Assembly: GCA_964016885.1 (NCBI GenBank)
Contig: OZ024753.1
Span: 30,070,001-30,134,000, forward strand
Length of the DNA: 64,000 nucleotides
DNA from: Eledone cirrhosa
Taxonomy: Eukaryota
Direction: 5' to 3'
The translations under genes were made by a program, and so were the position numbers. Shown in pieces: positions 31,701-43,134 of the stretch. The notes beneath the pieces were generated by a model. That model had not been told where the DNA came from and searched no databases. It saw nothing but the letters and a program-made list of their open reading frames with translations. Each line of letters opens with the position of its first letter. Within the stretch, counting starts at the first letter, position 1.

Positions 31701-34700
31701 AATAAATACATGAAAAAAGACAGATATAGGAGCACGGTATGTTGACCAGCATACATACATCTGAGGAAGATAGATATGATTAGGAAATACCTAAATCAAA
31801 AAGTTGACTACAACATCATGGTTGGACAATGGCAGTGTGTTGTTCTAAGGCCTAACTCAACCCTTTAGCATTTAAACTAGCTGCATCTGTCCAGAACTCT
31901 CTCACCTCTTTCTGCTCATATTGACATTAAAGTATTTTTCTCAAAATAAATAACATCAAAATCTCAGATTCGATATTATGTGAGATAATTATGTAAGATA
32001 AAGCCTATACAATAGTATATATAGAGTAATGTAAATGCTAAAGGGTTAATGATGATTGTCTAACCAGATTGCAACTGCAGTAGCATGGAAGGACAGACAG
32101 CAACTGATAGTCATGTAGAATATTTTACTCTACCCAACAGTGTGTATATATATATATTTATAAGTGATTATGTATTATCTTAAAGATACAGTATAGGTAC
32201 ACTGATACATCATATTTCTGCACACCATAAGATGAAACTAAAAGGGTTGTTGTGAAGAAAGGAATTTGCCCATGTGTAGGTTCCACTTGTATTGAAGAAA
32301 GCTGTTATTCACAGAGGGCCAAGCTATGTGTTTGAAATATTAGTATAATTTTCACACCCTAGTGTTAAAATTAAATAAATTTAATATTAGTTAACTACAC
32401 AAAGAAAAAAGACAGTTTTAAAAACAGGAATATTTCACAGGACAGCACGACTTTATTTTACCAGCCTTGAAAATATGATGGGCTAAATCAACAGGCCTCG
32501 AGATCACCTCACTAACAAAGCATCTAGAATACACCTTTGTTATATGCTTTCCTAAATGGTAAAATACCCCCAGAAAATAAGTAAAAAAAGACAACAAAAA
32601 GCAACAGACCGTGTATGTCCCCCACTGACTTCATCTCTTCTCAATGGACTACGTAATGGACTGGAATTCTCACTCTTTTCTCTCCAACCATCTCTGAAAT
32701 AAACGTACAAGTAAGTTAGCAGGAGATGAAAATAAGAAATGCAGGAAAACTTCATTAAAACTAACAAAATATTCCATTTCTGACTAGAGAACTTCTGAAT
32801 TAAAATAAATCAGATTCTTTACAAGCATTTTTTTCCATTTATTTACAATAGACACAAGGTCCTCCTCACATATATAAGAGATGGAAATGATGCGTGCAAC
32901 AAGAGAGGTATATTCGATAAACGAGATTCTGTTACCTAAAAGGTACTTATTTATCGACAACGAATTCAGAAAGGAGTTTAAAAAATAAAAATCCTGTTAT
33001 CTAGCAGTTTTCTTCAACAAATAACTATTTCTTAGGCATATGTCAACAATATATATTGAATTCAATATTTCACTTTTTCGTTCAATACAACAATGAGAAT
33101 CAACGACGGCGGAGCTCTTAGTTGATCGAAAAGAAATAGCAGCCAAATCACACTAAAATATACCTTAACGTAAAACGGGAAGGACGCATTTCATACAGCG
33201 ACTCCAAAAAGACGAGATGGTCACGACCGGAACACCTTTAATTATAGATCTTCTCAAACATGGTTGGCCTCGTGTTAATATTTTGATTAAATATGATATA
33301 AAATTGTCTCCCTTTGGTGAATAATGTCAGATGCACCGATTTTCATACTTAATGAAAGTGGAGGGATCGCAGATGTTTTATAGTGTAGGAAAGGAGATAG
33401 AATGGAATTTGTATTCCACGGCCAGAACTTACAATATAAATATATACATAAAGCTGAATGGTTAAAAAGTTAGCCTTGCAACCACGAGATCCTGGGTTCG
33501 ATCTCATTGCACGGCATCTTGAGCAAGTATCGTTACTGTAGCCTCAAGATGACACAACCCTTGCGAGTGAAATTAGCTAAGCTAGTCGGATGGGTTGTAC
33601 CTGTAATTTAAAGGGCCCATCCTTGCCTCACACATTGTTAGTACTTGCTTTGATTGAGATCTGCGTTATGGTTACACGTGCCTGTGGAATACTCAACCAC
33701 TTTACACGTTAATTCACTAGTCAGACTTTCAGCTGACAGAACTGAATGCTCATCGTCGAAACCGATGGAAGATCCACTACACACATAAACCCATTTTCCA
33801 TCCAAATATTTATTTCTAATGTATCTGAACTCCTCAACTTTTTCTAACAAGTCGATTAAGATATAAAAGGTGCAAAAATGAAACGGAAATGGCGCGATAA
33901 GATGCTATTTGTTATACGTAGTATCTTGAGCAAGCCCATCCCCTCTCCAGGTCTGATCACAGCCGATTTCTTCTTCGAGAGAGAGAGATGAATTGAATGA
34001 CTCCAGCACTGGCGTGGTATTTTTTTATCGACCACGAAGAGATGAAAGGTGGTTGACCTCGACAGAGAACCACAACGAACACAGCAAAGCATTCTATCTA
34101 ACACTGTAACGATCCTGCCAATTCGCCGCCTTTTAATATATATATATTCTTTTGTGTTATTTCCTTTTATAGTGGTAACTTTATACGCTGTACGCAAAAC
34201 GAACGAAAAAAAGATCGATCTGTTTCTTCAATGACAAGTAGTGGGATTTGAACTTAAAATCGAAACACCGCACCCCTCCCACACACCCAACCATCCCGCC
34301 CGACTCTTCAACAATTCCGCCAAATCATTCTTGAATTGGCATTTTACTTATCGACCCCGAGAAAATGAAGAACGAAGTTGACTTCGGCGAGATTTTAATA
34401 GTGAGTGTAGAGAACCGGAATACCAAGACAACTGGTACGTTATCGATATTGGAAAGATGAAAGGCAAAGTCGGATCATCAACAAGATTTGAACTCAGAAC
34501 GTAAAAATACACAATCAAATATCGAAAGCCTTTGATCGACTATTCTATCGTTTCTGCAAATAATATTTTGTATCATTTACCAGGCGGCAAATTAGAAGAG
34601 TCCTTCAAAGGCAAATAGAATACTATGTGCTACTATTAACCCCGGCTCTCTGCGTTCAGAGTTCAAAGCCCGCCGAGGTCAACTTTGTCTTTTATCAACT

Positions 34701-36002
34701 CAAGGTCGATAAATAAAGCGACAGTAAATTACTGGAATCGATTCTTCTCTTGGAAACGGATGCGCAACGCCGTGGAACCACTAAGGCATCTCTTTTGTTA
34801 TGGAGGTGCACGACAGCAATTAGAGCATTGGACCCACGGTCATGGACGGGACCATGGGTTCGATTCTTTGACAAGGCAGTGCTTTGTTCTTAAGCAAGAT
34901 GCTTCATTTTACGTAGTTTTTTCATGGTAGATCTGGGGCATTTATATTTCGAACACCTTCGGAGATGTAACCTCGTAAGAAGTCAACTAAACATGTAAAT
35001 ATTATTTTTTTCAACCTCTCATACAAAAGGAATCATGATTTTGAAACAGTCTAAAGACGAGAGGGTAATAGAGTTATAAAGTACGAAAATTCCAGGCATC
35101 GTTATGAATGTGTTTATGATCTGATGAAACTAGTTAAAAAGCCCTGAAGGAGACAATACTACTCATACTATATCATAACATTTTAAATTATCAAGTCACT
35201 TTTACGATATATATCCCGCGAAATTAAACAGACATCAACATTTTATTTTATTTTTAATCGCTTTATAAATGCTTCCTCGGTATTTTCTGCCCTTAAGAAA
35301 ATAAGATTCTCTATTGTTTTTTTAGCAATCAATCTTCTAAGTATTGGTTTCATCGATTTATAAGAAACCGTTTCCTCATCCAAAACAAAAACATAAGATT
35401 ATTATTTCGATTGTAGGATTTCGTTCGATCACGCGAAATAGCGCCAGTTGAAGAAAACGTAAACAACCTCGAGACGTTTAAAAAGGAAGGGAGAGCAATA
35501 AGATGGCGGGACATTGATAATCGCCACAGTTCAGTGCAATCTTTCTCTCTCTCTATATATATATATACAATATATATACATAACTGGAAAGTCTACAAAT
35601 ACTTTGGATGAGATATGCATCCACAAGCTTGTTCGATGAAAATAAAATCTGAATATGGTATGAAATACGTTAATCGAGTTATTGTAATTTCTATTTTTAA
35701 TTTTTTTTAAATATTGTTTTTATCGTGTAAAAATGACATTAAAATATGATCAAGAATAAAATATGCATAGCTTTGATCGCTCGAAAATCAACATAACTAG
35801 GAAACCTTGATGAAAGAAAAACTGTCAGATGACAGCAATCTATTTCACCAGAAAGTTATTTTCGATCTTTGCATGCAAACAATAAATATACGATAGAAAA
35901 CTAATGTGATTATACGAACTTGTTCCTGCGCGGAGTGGTCATTCTATTATTATCAGGAGAAGATACATCATGAAGAGAAGAGGGAGCCGAAGCCGAATCC
36001 AT
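28511..36002 (-). CDS. SLBP: Histone RNA stem-loop-binding protein SLBP (8 exons, ~308 aa)
   Basis: Exons (- strand) 36002-35920, 32693-32610, 31553-31473, 30310-30173, 29998-29951, 29306/29303-29196, 29042-28911, 28760-28511; all introns phase 2; total 927 nt. RNA-binding domain [26 protein letters not shown]...[28 protein letters not shown]; also TTP and RYCRKL motifs and an acidic C-terminus. Confidence 0.93.
28761..28812 (+). mobile_element. MITE family A terminal fragment abutting the last SLBP acceptor
   Basis: aatatagagcaatgtaaatgctaaagggttaa matches the family terminus. Confidence 0.8.
28911..29042 (-). CDS. SLBP: SLBP exon 7 (RNA-binding domain, second half)
   Basis: ttgcag| acceptor, AG|gtgagt donor; HPKTPNK...[17 protein letters not shown]. 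Confidence 0.96.
29196..29306 (-). CDS. SLBP: SLBP exon 6 (RNA-binding domain, first half)
   Basis: TAGTAG tandem acceptor, AG|gtaata donor; [25 protein letters not shown]. Confidence 0.94.
29692..29904 (-). mobile_element. MITE family A
   Basis: TIRs plus TTAA. Confidence 0.85.
29951..29998 (-). CDS. SLBP: SLBP exon 5 ([16 protein letters not shown])
   Basis: caccag| acceptor, GA|gtaagt donor; 48 nt; RYCRKL resembles human RYKRKL. Confidence 0.82.
30173..30310 (-). CDS. SLBP: SLBP exon 4 (TPPAQAS...KNLK)
   Basis: tttcag| acceptor, AG|gtaata donor; 138 nt; within ORF 30169..30381. Confidence 0.82.
30575..30785 (-). mobile_element. MITE family A
   Basis: Degenerate TIRs plus TTAA. Confidence 0.82.
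31101..31432 (+). mobile_element. SINE C with RTE-like tail
   Basis: Near-identical to the 24596 copy. Confidence 0.87.
31473..31553 (-). CDS. SLBP: SLBP exon 3 (DNYQKF...PLPTTPEW)
   Basis: ttacag| acceptor, TG|gtgagt donor; TTPE resembles the vertebrate SFTTPE degron. Confidence 0.82.
31861..32049 (+). mobile_element. MITE family A
   Basis: TIRs, conserved body. Confidence 0.82.
32610..32693 (-). CDS. SLBP: SLBP exon 2 ([19 protein letters not shown]...)
   Basis: tttcag| acceptor, CG|gtctgt donor; 84 nt, phase 2-2; SPLR CDK-type sites. Confidence 0.7.
33990..34750. mobile_element. Cluster of older SINE B copies in both orientations
   Basis: Multiple degenerate core/box B matches at ~34020, 34345, 34450 and 34660. 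Confidence 0.65.
35920..36002 (-). CDS. SLBP: SLBP exon 1 ([27 protein letters not shown])
   Basis: ATG just downstream of the E2F/YY1/NRF1 cluster; AA|gttcgt phase-2 donor (weak). Confidence 0.65.
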
Positions 36003-36756
36003 GTTATTAATTGAATGACTGGTAATCAACTGAGAAGTTCCCGCCAAACATGGCGCATGCGCTTCGGACAATAAACCAAATAATCTTTTTAAAAATCGAA
36101 ACTTTTTTTTATATTACGTATATATTTTTAATTCTTATCATAATTAAGATAGATATAAATTCATAAAATATATTTTTATAGTGATTTTATTTTTCAAGTC
36201 TACATAACTATGTACAATAATTACAGATGTGTAAATACTGGCTGTTGATTGGTTCGAATAATATTTATTTGAAAATTGTGGCGCCGACGTTTTTTGTTGT
36301 AAAACTTAGTTGGTCCTCATAGATTTTAGTTAGTTGCCAATCTAGTGCTCTTTTAGCACATCGAATTTGGCGTTAAAAACCACGAATGTACATCTACACG
36401 TCATCTACGACAATAACTATTTGTAACGTTTATTTATATACCGTATAACAAACAAACAGAACAAAACGCCCGTGCCTCATAGTTTTCTAAAAAAAAAAAA
36501 AGTTTCAATGTTTTAAAATATATATTTTTTAAATCTCGCCTACAGCTATTTACCTAACACTTTTTGTAGTTAAAATTATCGGTATTGAATCCTCTTACCT
36601 CTTATAGATATTTAATAACACGAGGACAGCGTTAACTAGAAATTTCTGTTGATAGTCACCAGATAGTCTAGACTGGTTAGTTCCTGTTTGTCATATCGTA
36701 AATATATTTAATTTTAAGCTAACTCGTTATTTAAGTGTTCCTGATATACTGAAAGA
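36003..36756. promoter_or_regulatory. Putative bidirectional SLBP/Cdc25 promoter
   Basis: Lies between divergent ATGs. E2F TTCCCGCCAAA 36038-36048; YY1-like AAACATGGCG 36046-36055; NRF1 GCGCATGCGC 36053-36062; ATTGG 36248-36252; CHR-like TTTGAA 36268-36273; CCAAT 36337-36341; TTTGGCG 36366-36372. CpG-rich relative to flanks. Confidence 0.75.
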
Positions 36757-36878
36757 ATGTTACGAAATATGGATGAATTAGACATTAAACCACGGAAATC
36801 TATGGGTGAAGAAAAGGGAGAACTAAACTCACCAGTTACAAACCTGGCGATGAATTTAAGTGAACTTAGAACAGACAG
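36757..36878 (+). CDS. CDC25: Cdc25 exon 1 (MLRNMDEL...[13 protein letters not shown])
   Basis: In-frame TGA at 36742 upstream; ATG at 36757 or 36769; AG|gtaaat donor; SPVTNL matches the CDC25A N-terminus. Confidence 0.85.
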
Positions 36879-39800
36879 GTAAATCATATTTATATAATTA
36901 TAACTCATTTTTTTAGCATTAACATTTTTGTTTGCTTTTTGAGATGGCATAAATTTCAAACGACCTAGATTTGACAAATAACATTTTTATTGTTCATATA
37001 TTTACAAAGTATTTAGAATTTTACCGTGATTTGTCTATTTATGTATCATTTAATTTACTCTAAACATTTACAAGCGTTGATTTTAGTCGCGTTTGGATAT
37101 TGTTTTCACTAAGTTATAAATAATATACCAGCAGGGCATTCATAAACGGAAAGTATTACATTCACGTGTCTTGGCACGTTTCTTTCCCATGGTTTGATCT
37201 ATATTCCTAAAGTGTTACAAAAATAGTAAATTTAAAATTGTTGTCTAGTTGCTGTTAACCAATCATTGAGAATTCTTGGACAGTATCTGCTGAGAGCTAT
37301 CATTTTTTAAAATTAGTGTTTCTTTTACTTCCATTTTTTTTGTTAAAAAATAAACTGTTTTGAAAAACTTTATTAACCAATAGTTTTATTTCTAGTGAAT
37401 AGCTTATAAACAAACATGTTAAGATTTTCAAATTTGTGTTATAGTCTCATGTATGATATTCTCTCTAATTGGGTTGGAGTACAGCTGATTGAATCGATTC
37501 TTGGGGTTTACAACCCTCAAGCCCCCCTCCACCCGTAAAAAAAATAAGGGGAAAAAATGAAAATAAAATCGATCTGGGTGAGATGTGAACTTTGAACTGA
37601 TTTAGACATAAATATTGAAATTCTAGAGTGTTCTAATCTCATCTACCATATTCACCACCTTAGAAAAAGAATGGAAACCGAACAGATGGTCTCAGTACTT
37701 TATGTGCAATTTTCTCAATCATACAAATTTGCCTGTTTTAATTTCGAATTTAATTACTCTGAAATTACTTTTTAATTATTTTGTATTTAAGATTAATATA
37801 AAACCCTTTCAAACTAGATAGAGACTGTTGGTATCTTTCAGAATAAAATTGATAGTTTCTAGTTGGGTAATGCAATATTTCCCTAGGGCTTTGTTTTGGT
37901 TCAAATTGTCTTGGCTCAAAATTCTATCAAGTTTTATCATTCTAGTGTTTTTAGCTATTGTGAAAAGAAACTGAACTCGTAAAATTTTTTTTTTTTTCTA
38001 AAAAAAAAATTTTGACTTTAAATTTCAGTCTCTATTTTTGACGAAATAAATTTGACTACTTGCTTTTATTATCCATTTATTACAGCATAACTAGCTTAGT
38101 GCCCCTCCCCACTCGACCCAAATTTCTTTCATTATAGCTTTCTTAAAGCATATATTTTAGAATAGATCGTTAGTGATAGAATTTTGAAGTTGTAGCAATT
38201 ACAATTATGTTGGTGATATTAAAAGAAAATTTATAATTATAGAAAATGACAGTGTAGTTAATTTCACGTTACCTCCTTCATTAATATAAATTTAGTATCA
38301 TGAAATTGGCAGGCAACAAAAAAAAAAAAAATGATCGACATGATCACAGGTTAAAATACTCATAGCGAGACTTGTGTATGTTTATTTTAGAGTTTCATAT
38401 ACATCCTTATTCTGAATCACACAGATCGAAAGTATTCAGTAAATGAACGTATTAACGAACGGGGATACAAGAATGCAAAATTAACATAATCGTAATCTGA
38501 ACCTTCAAGAACGTCCTTGCAATATATATATATCTTAGGTTATACTCGTTATTATTATAGCATAGACTTACAGCCCTTTACATTCTGAATTCAAGTCCCG
38601 ACGAGATTAGCTTTGCCTTTCGTCCTTACGAGGCCAATAAAATAATGCACTGGAGTCGATTTATTCAACTTCCCCTCCCCCAAATTGCTGGCCTTGTGCC
38701 TAAAGTAGAAACTATTATACTATATATATGTAGATGCATTATTAAAGAAAGTTATGGAGATCACTTGACTATAGTTATGTCTAAATGTTATTGATTCCTA
38801 TTAACTTATACTGATATTTCGATAAAACCTTTTTTTGGAATGCGACAGTCTGGAAAACACTTCAATAGGCCTATTTATTCTTCATTGAATATCTTTTCAT
38901 TATGCTTCATAATCAGCCATGACTAGCTTCGTTTTGTGTTTTCAAATATTTTGCTGATTTCATTTTTTTTTTTACTCAACATCCATTAGTCACTGTTCTC
39001 TCATGCAGTGTCATGCCCTTTGAAGAGCATATATTCTAAACGGTTTAGCTCTTAATTGATGGCCAATCTTTTGTCTAGTTTTAATCTTAGTTATGTCACC
39101 TATTTGAATAATTCATTCGCGCCATAAACATCGACTTTTTGCTTTTAATTGATAAGTCTGCAAATGATATTTGAGCAACTGAGTAACTTTCCAGGGACTG
39201 TGGTGGTTTAAACTGGGCCCCTCGAGATTTGAACTCAACTGCAAAACTCAAAGCTGAGATTCACCACCAGTTATATATACTAAACTTTTGAATTAAATCT
39301 TGTCAGTAGGATTCTTTACAATGAACCAGTTTTTTTTTTGTTTTGTTTTTTTACCAAGATAAATAAGAGTATGGTAAATTAGCATCTGTATTCATGCAAA
39401 TGTTAAATCGTTCTCCTTTCGGATTGTCTCACAGTTCTATGGCAATGTCTCTCGCTGGAAAATGGTTGCTTTGAGAGTTTGATTGCCTTTGACCTCAATA
39501 CGTTATGCTCTTGTTTCGAAATGTTTGCGTTGAACTTTATATATATATATAATGACAAGTTAATTTCCTAAAAACTAATGTAATTTGTTTGTTTTAAATT
39601 TTAATAAAGAATTAGTTGTCTTTTATGGCGAATGAAAAATGTATGTAAAGATTGAGTTTGCTGATTCAATGTTGGTATCTGTTAAGGGAGTAATTGGTAA
39701 TTTAGCACCAGAAATAATAAAATACTGAACTATGAAGTTTGAAATAGTTAATGAATAAGCTACTCGGAAACTGCTGTAAGTGATAAATCGCCATTACCAT

Positions 39801-42191
39801 ATGCCTATTTTAAGGGGATAAAAAAGGAGGTACAAATTGGATATTGTATTCACAAAAATACAAATTGGGCATGATTGGAATACCTTTTGTTCACCCACGG
39901 AGTTTAGCCATCCTATAATGGAAAACAAGAAAAGGATCTTGTTTCGAATTTAAAAATCGAATTTCTTTTAAAGTCCGGGCCTTTCGGGAGGGAAAGGGTA
40001 TCTTTAAATATGAAATTTGGCCCAAATGATAGCAACAGAATGGAATCTGCTAGTGATGGTGTTTAACTGAGCAACGGATAAGACTATTCAAGTAGGCCAT
40101 AGCTGGAGTTGAACTCATGCGCCAAAAGTCGGAACAAATACCACAAGGCACTACAATCCGCCACCTGTTCGTTTAAAATGACCAATTGTTTTAGTGGTTT
40201 CTATTTTAAAGTATAGTTGGTTTATTAATTCTAAGAGTTGGGTATTAAGTTTGTCGTGAGGAGTAAAAAAAATATTATGTATGTTTCCTATTTTTTAAAC
40301 GTTTTCTGGTAAAATGCAGAAAAACGGTGTAATAAAAATATTGGGACCAGCTAACGGAGAATGTAAAAACCTTAGTTTCCTTGTTTCCGAAACGAAGTGA
40401 ATGGTTGTCAGTCAAGTATGTTCAGTATTCGGGGAGATATATTTGAATATTACCATACGATGATTCGTGGTGTATTATAAAAAAAATATTTTCTGAAGAT
40501 GGGAACATATAAGCGTATATGTGTTCCGTAAGGTGTCGCGGGTACATAATCGGATTCTTCGATGTTCAAAACCTAGAGTTCAAAGGTAAAAGTATACCTA
40601 TTTTAAAGTATTTCGTTTCGGTAATTCACGAAACCCAAGTTAGTTTTTTGAATTCCCCACTATTGCTGATCCCAAGTTTAATTGTCGTTTTCATCTACTT
40701 AAGTTAGTTTAAAAATTAGATTTTTAATTTAGTTCTTTGTAAGTAAATTATATCTACTTAACCTATTCTGTTGGTAAAAGGAGAAAGATTCACTTCGTGC
40801 TATTTGATCTATGGGAAAACTTTTGCCGTCGGTTGATTTTGAACTTCTATTTGAGATTGCCACGCTATGCTTTGACGCATTTCTAAGTTCAAATCTCGCC
40901 GAGGTTAACTTTGCCTTTCATCCTTACGGGGGTCGATAAAATAAAGTACCAGTAATGCACTGGGTAAGTGCTGGCCTTGTGCCAAAAAATAGAAACAATT
41001 ATTAATTTAAGAAAAATGTATTAATATTTAAAATGTAATAATTTTTACTCATAAAATCTTGAATGCAGCTAAATGAAGGTCTGGGGGTAATTCATAGATG
41101 TTTGGTATTAGTTGATTCAAAGATTGTCTTGGATAGCACGTAAAGTTTTGTTAAATTATTGCAAAGTTGACTAATTTCCCAATACGTTTTTGAGGGATTC
41201 GGATAAAAGAAACTGTGTTGGAAAAAATGCGAATTGTTGAAGAATGATAAGTGGTTATGTCAGTTTCAACATTTGAGTTTATATCCGGTTTTGTACTGGT
41301 TAACGAGAAATATTTAAAAATTCTTGTATATCCGATATCAAGAAAGGGTTGATTGCTGCCCTTGATAAACTCTGAACTCGTTGAACGTTGACAAAGAGGT
41401 CCAGACGATTGTTTTTAGCTTGTGAAGGCGCGTGTCGTCGTCTTCTAGCGTATGCGACTTGCTGTCTCAAGCTGTCGTTCGCCTGATAGAGGTCAGTGAT
41501 CAGTTTCCAAGGCCCACCGCGAAGAGGTCGACATCGTGCTTAGGATATTGGGTTCATGATCGTAAGGTCGTGAGTTCGATTCCCGGACCGGGCAGCGCGA
41601 TGTGTACTTGAATAAGATACTTCGTTTCATGCTGCTCCAGTTGACTCAGCTGGCCAAAAAATGGATTGTACCTGTAATTCAAGAGGCCAGCCTTGTCACG
41701 TAGAATCTCCACGAGGAGTATGTTAAGGGTCGGTGACAGATTTACCATTGTGTTTAGGTGCTTAAGCACAGCCCCCCCCCCCCAATTTTTTTACGATGAA
41801 ATTTTCAAATGTTTGGGTCCTCATAACTTAACTAGCAAATGGCCTCATTTGTCTTAAACCCAGACCTTGAAGAAGGGTGCACGTGCTTGTGGAATGCCCA
41901 GCCTCTTACGTTATTTTCACGAGCAAGCAGTTCCATTGAATCAACTGGAGCACTCGTCGTTCAGAAAACCAGTACTATTCTATATTCACTATACCAAGTG
42001 AATATTTTCTGTGATGTAACTGAAAATGATTCAGACTTAATAAAACTATTAATTATTGGTTATTTTCTCTTTCCTCATAAATTATATTTTTCTTTAGACT
42101 TAAATTAATTTAATTTCTTCTTGAATTTCAGATCAACTCCACAAAGATGTTTATCGCGAGATTTCGCGGGAAATGGGTCGATTTTATCAGG

Positions 42192-42232
<41 letters not shown>

Positions 42233-43080
42233 AAAATAAAATGAAATACGTCTCTTTTTTTTTTTCGTGACAAAGATGGGTGGACTCAAGAGACTTTAAC
42301 TGTCATCTTTGTAAGGCACAATGAAAAATTTTCAGTATTAATAATTTCGAATTTAATCATTGTTATAAATGGAAATTAATTTGTATTTAATATTATCAAA
42401 TAATTTTCTTCGAATATTTGGTTTCTTAAGAAATATTTACAAAGTTTAATTTTAAAAATAACTTGTAAAATATTTTTTTTCTTTCTGAAGTTAGTGATGT
42501 GATGTTTAGTTTGTTTGCTTCAGTTGCTTCTGAATTAAGAGTTAATTTCACAGTACAAAAGTTTTCATGAATACATAGTAGCAGGACTTGTGGTGTTAAA
42601 GAGTTCGACATAATTCCATGGTTAAGATTGTTTAAACCATAACACCCGAATACATATGGCAAACAATATTATAAATAGTATCTTAATATATTTAACTTTA
42701 GTTTGTGTGGTGCAACAAAACTGGGGAGTGGTGGTGGTATTTCTTAGCTATTTAAAAAGATAGAGATAGTATCTTAACAAATAACATCCTACAGTGATTT
42801 AGAAGACTAGATTTAAACCCATGGGAAGGGAGTGTTTGAGGACTCTGTCCCCACGACCCTCTCAGGAATCTATTTTGTATTATTCAAGTGTGGTTCAAGA
42901 GTTAGTATATTTGATATTTAGTTTGTGGGGGAAGTAGATTAAATTTTAAACTAACTTTAAAAATTTAATAATTTCTCTTTCATTCTAAATTGTATTTCTC
43001 AGGTTGTTTTAAAGACTCTCCAACTCCTTACTATTCACCTTCTGATGAATACAGGTAAGTTGAAATCCTCCCAGGATAAA

Positions 43081-43134
<54 letters not shown>

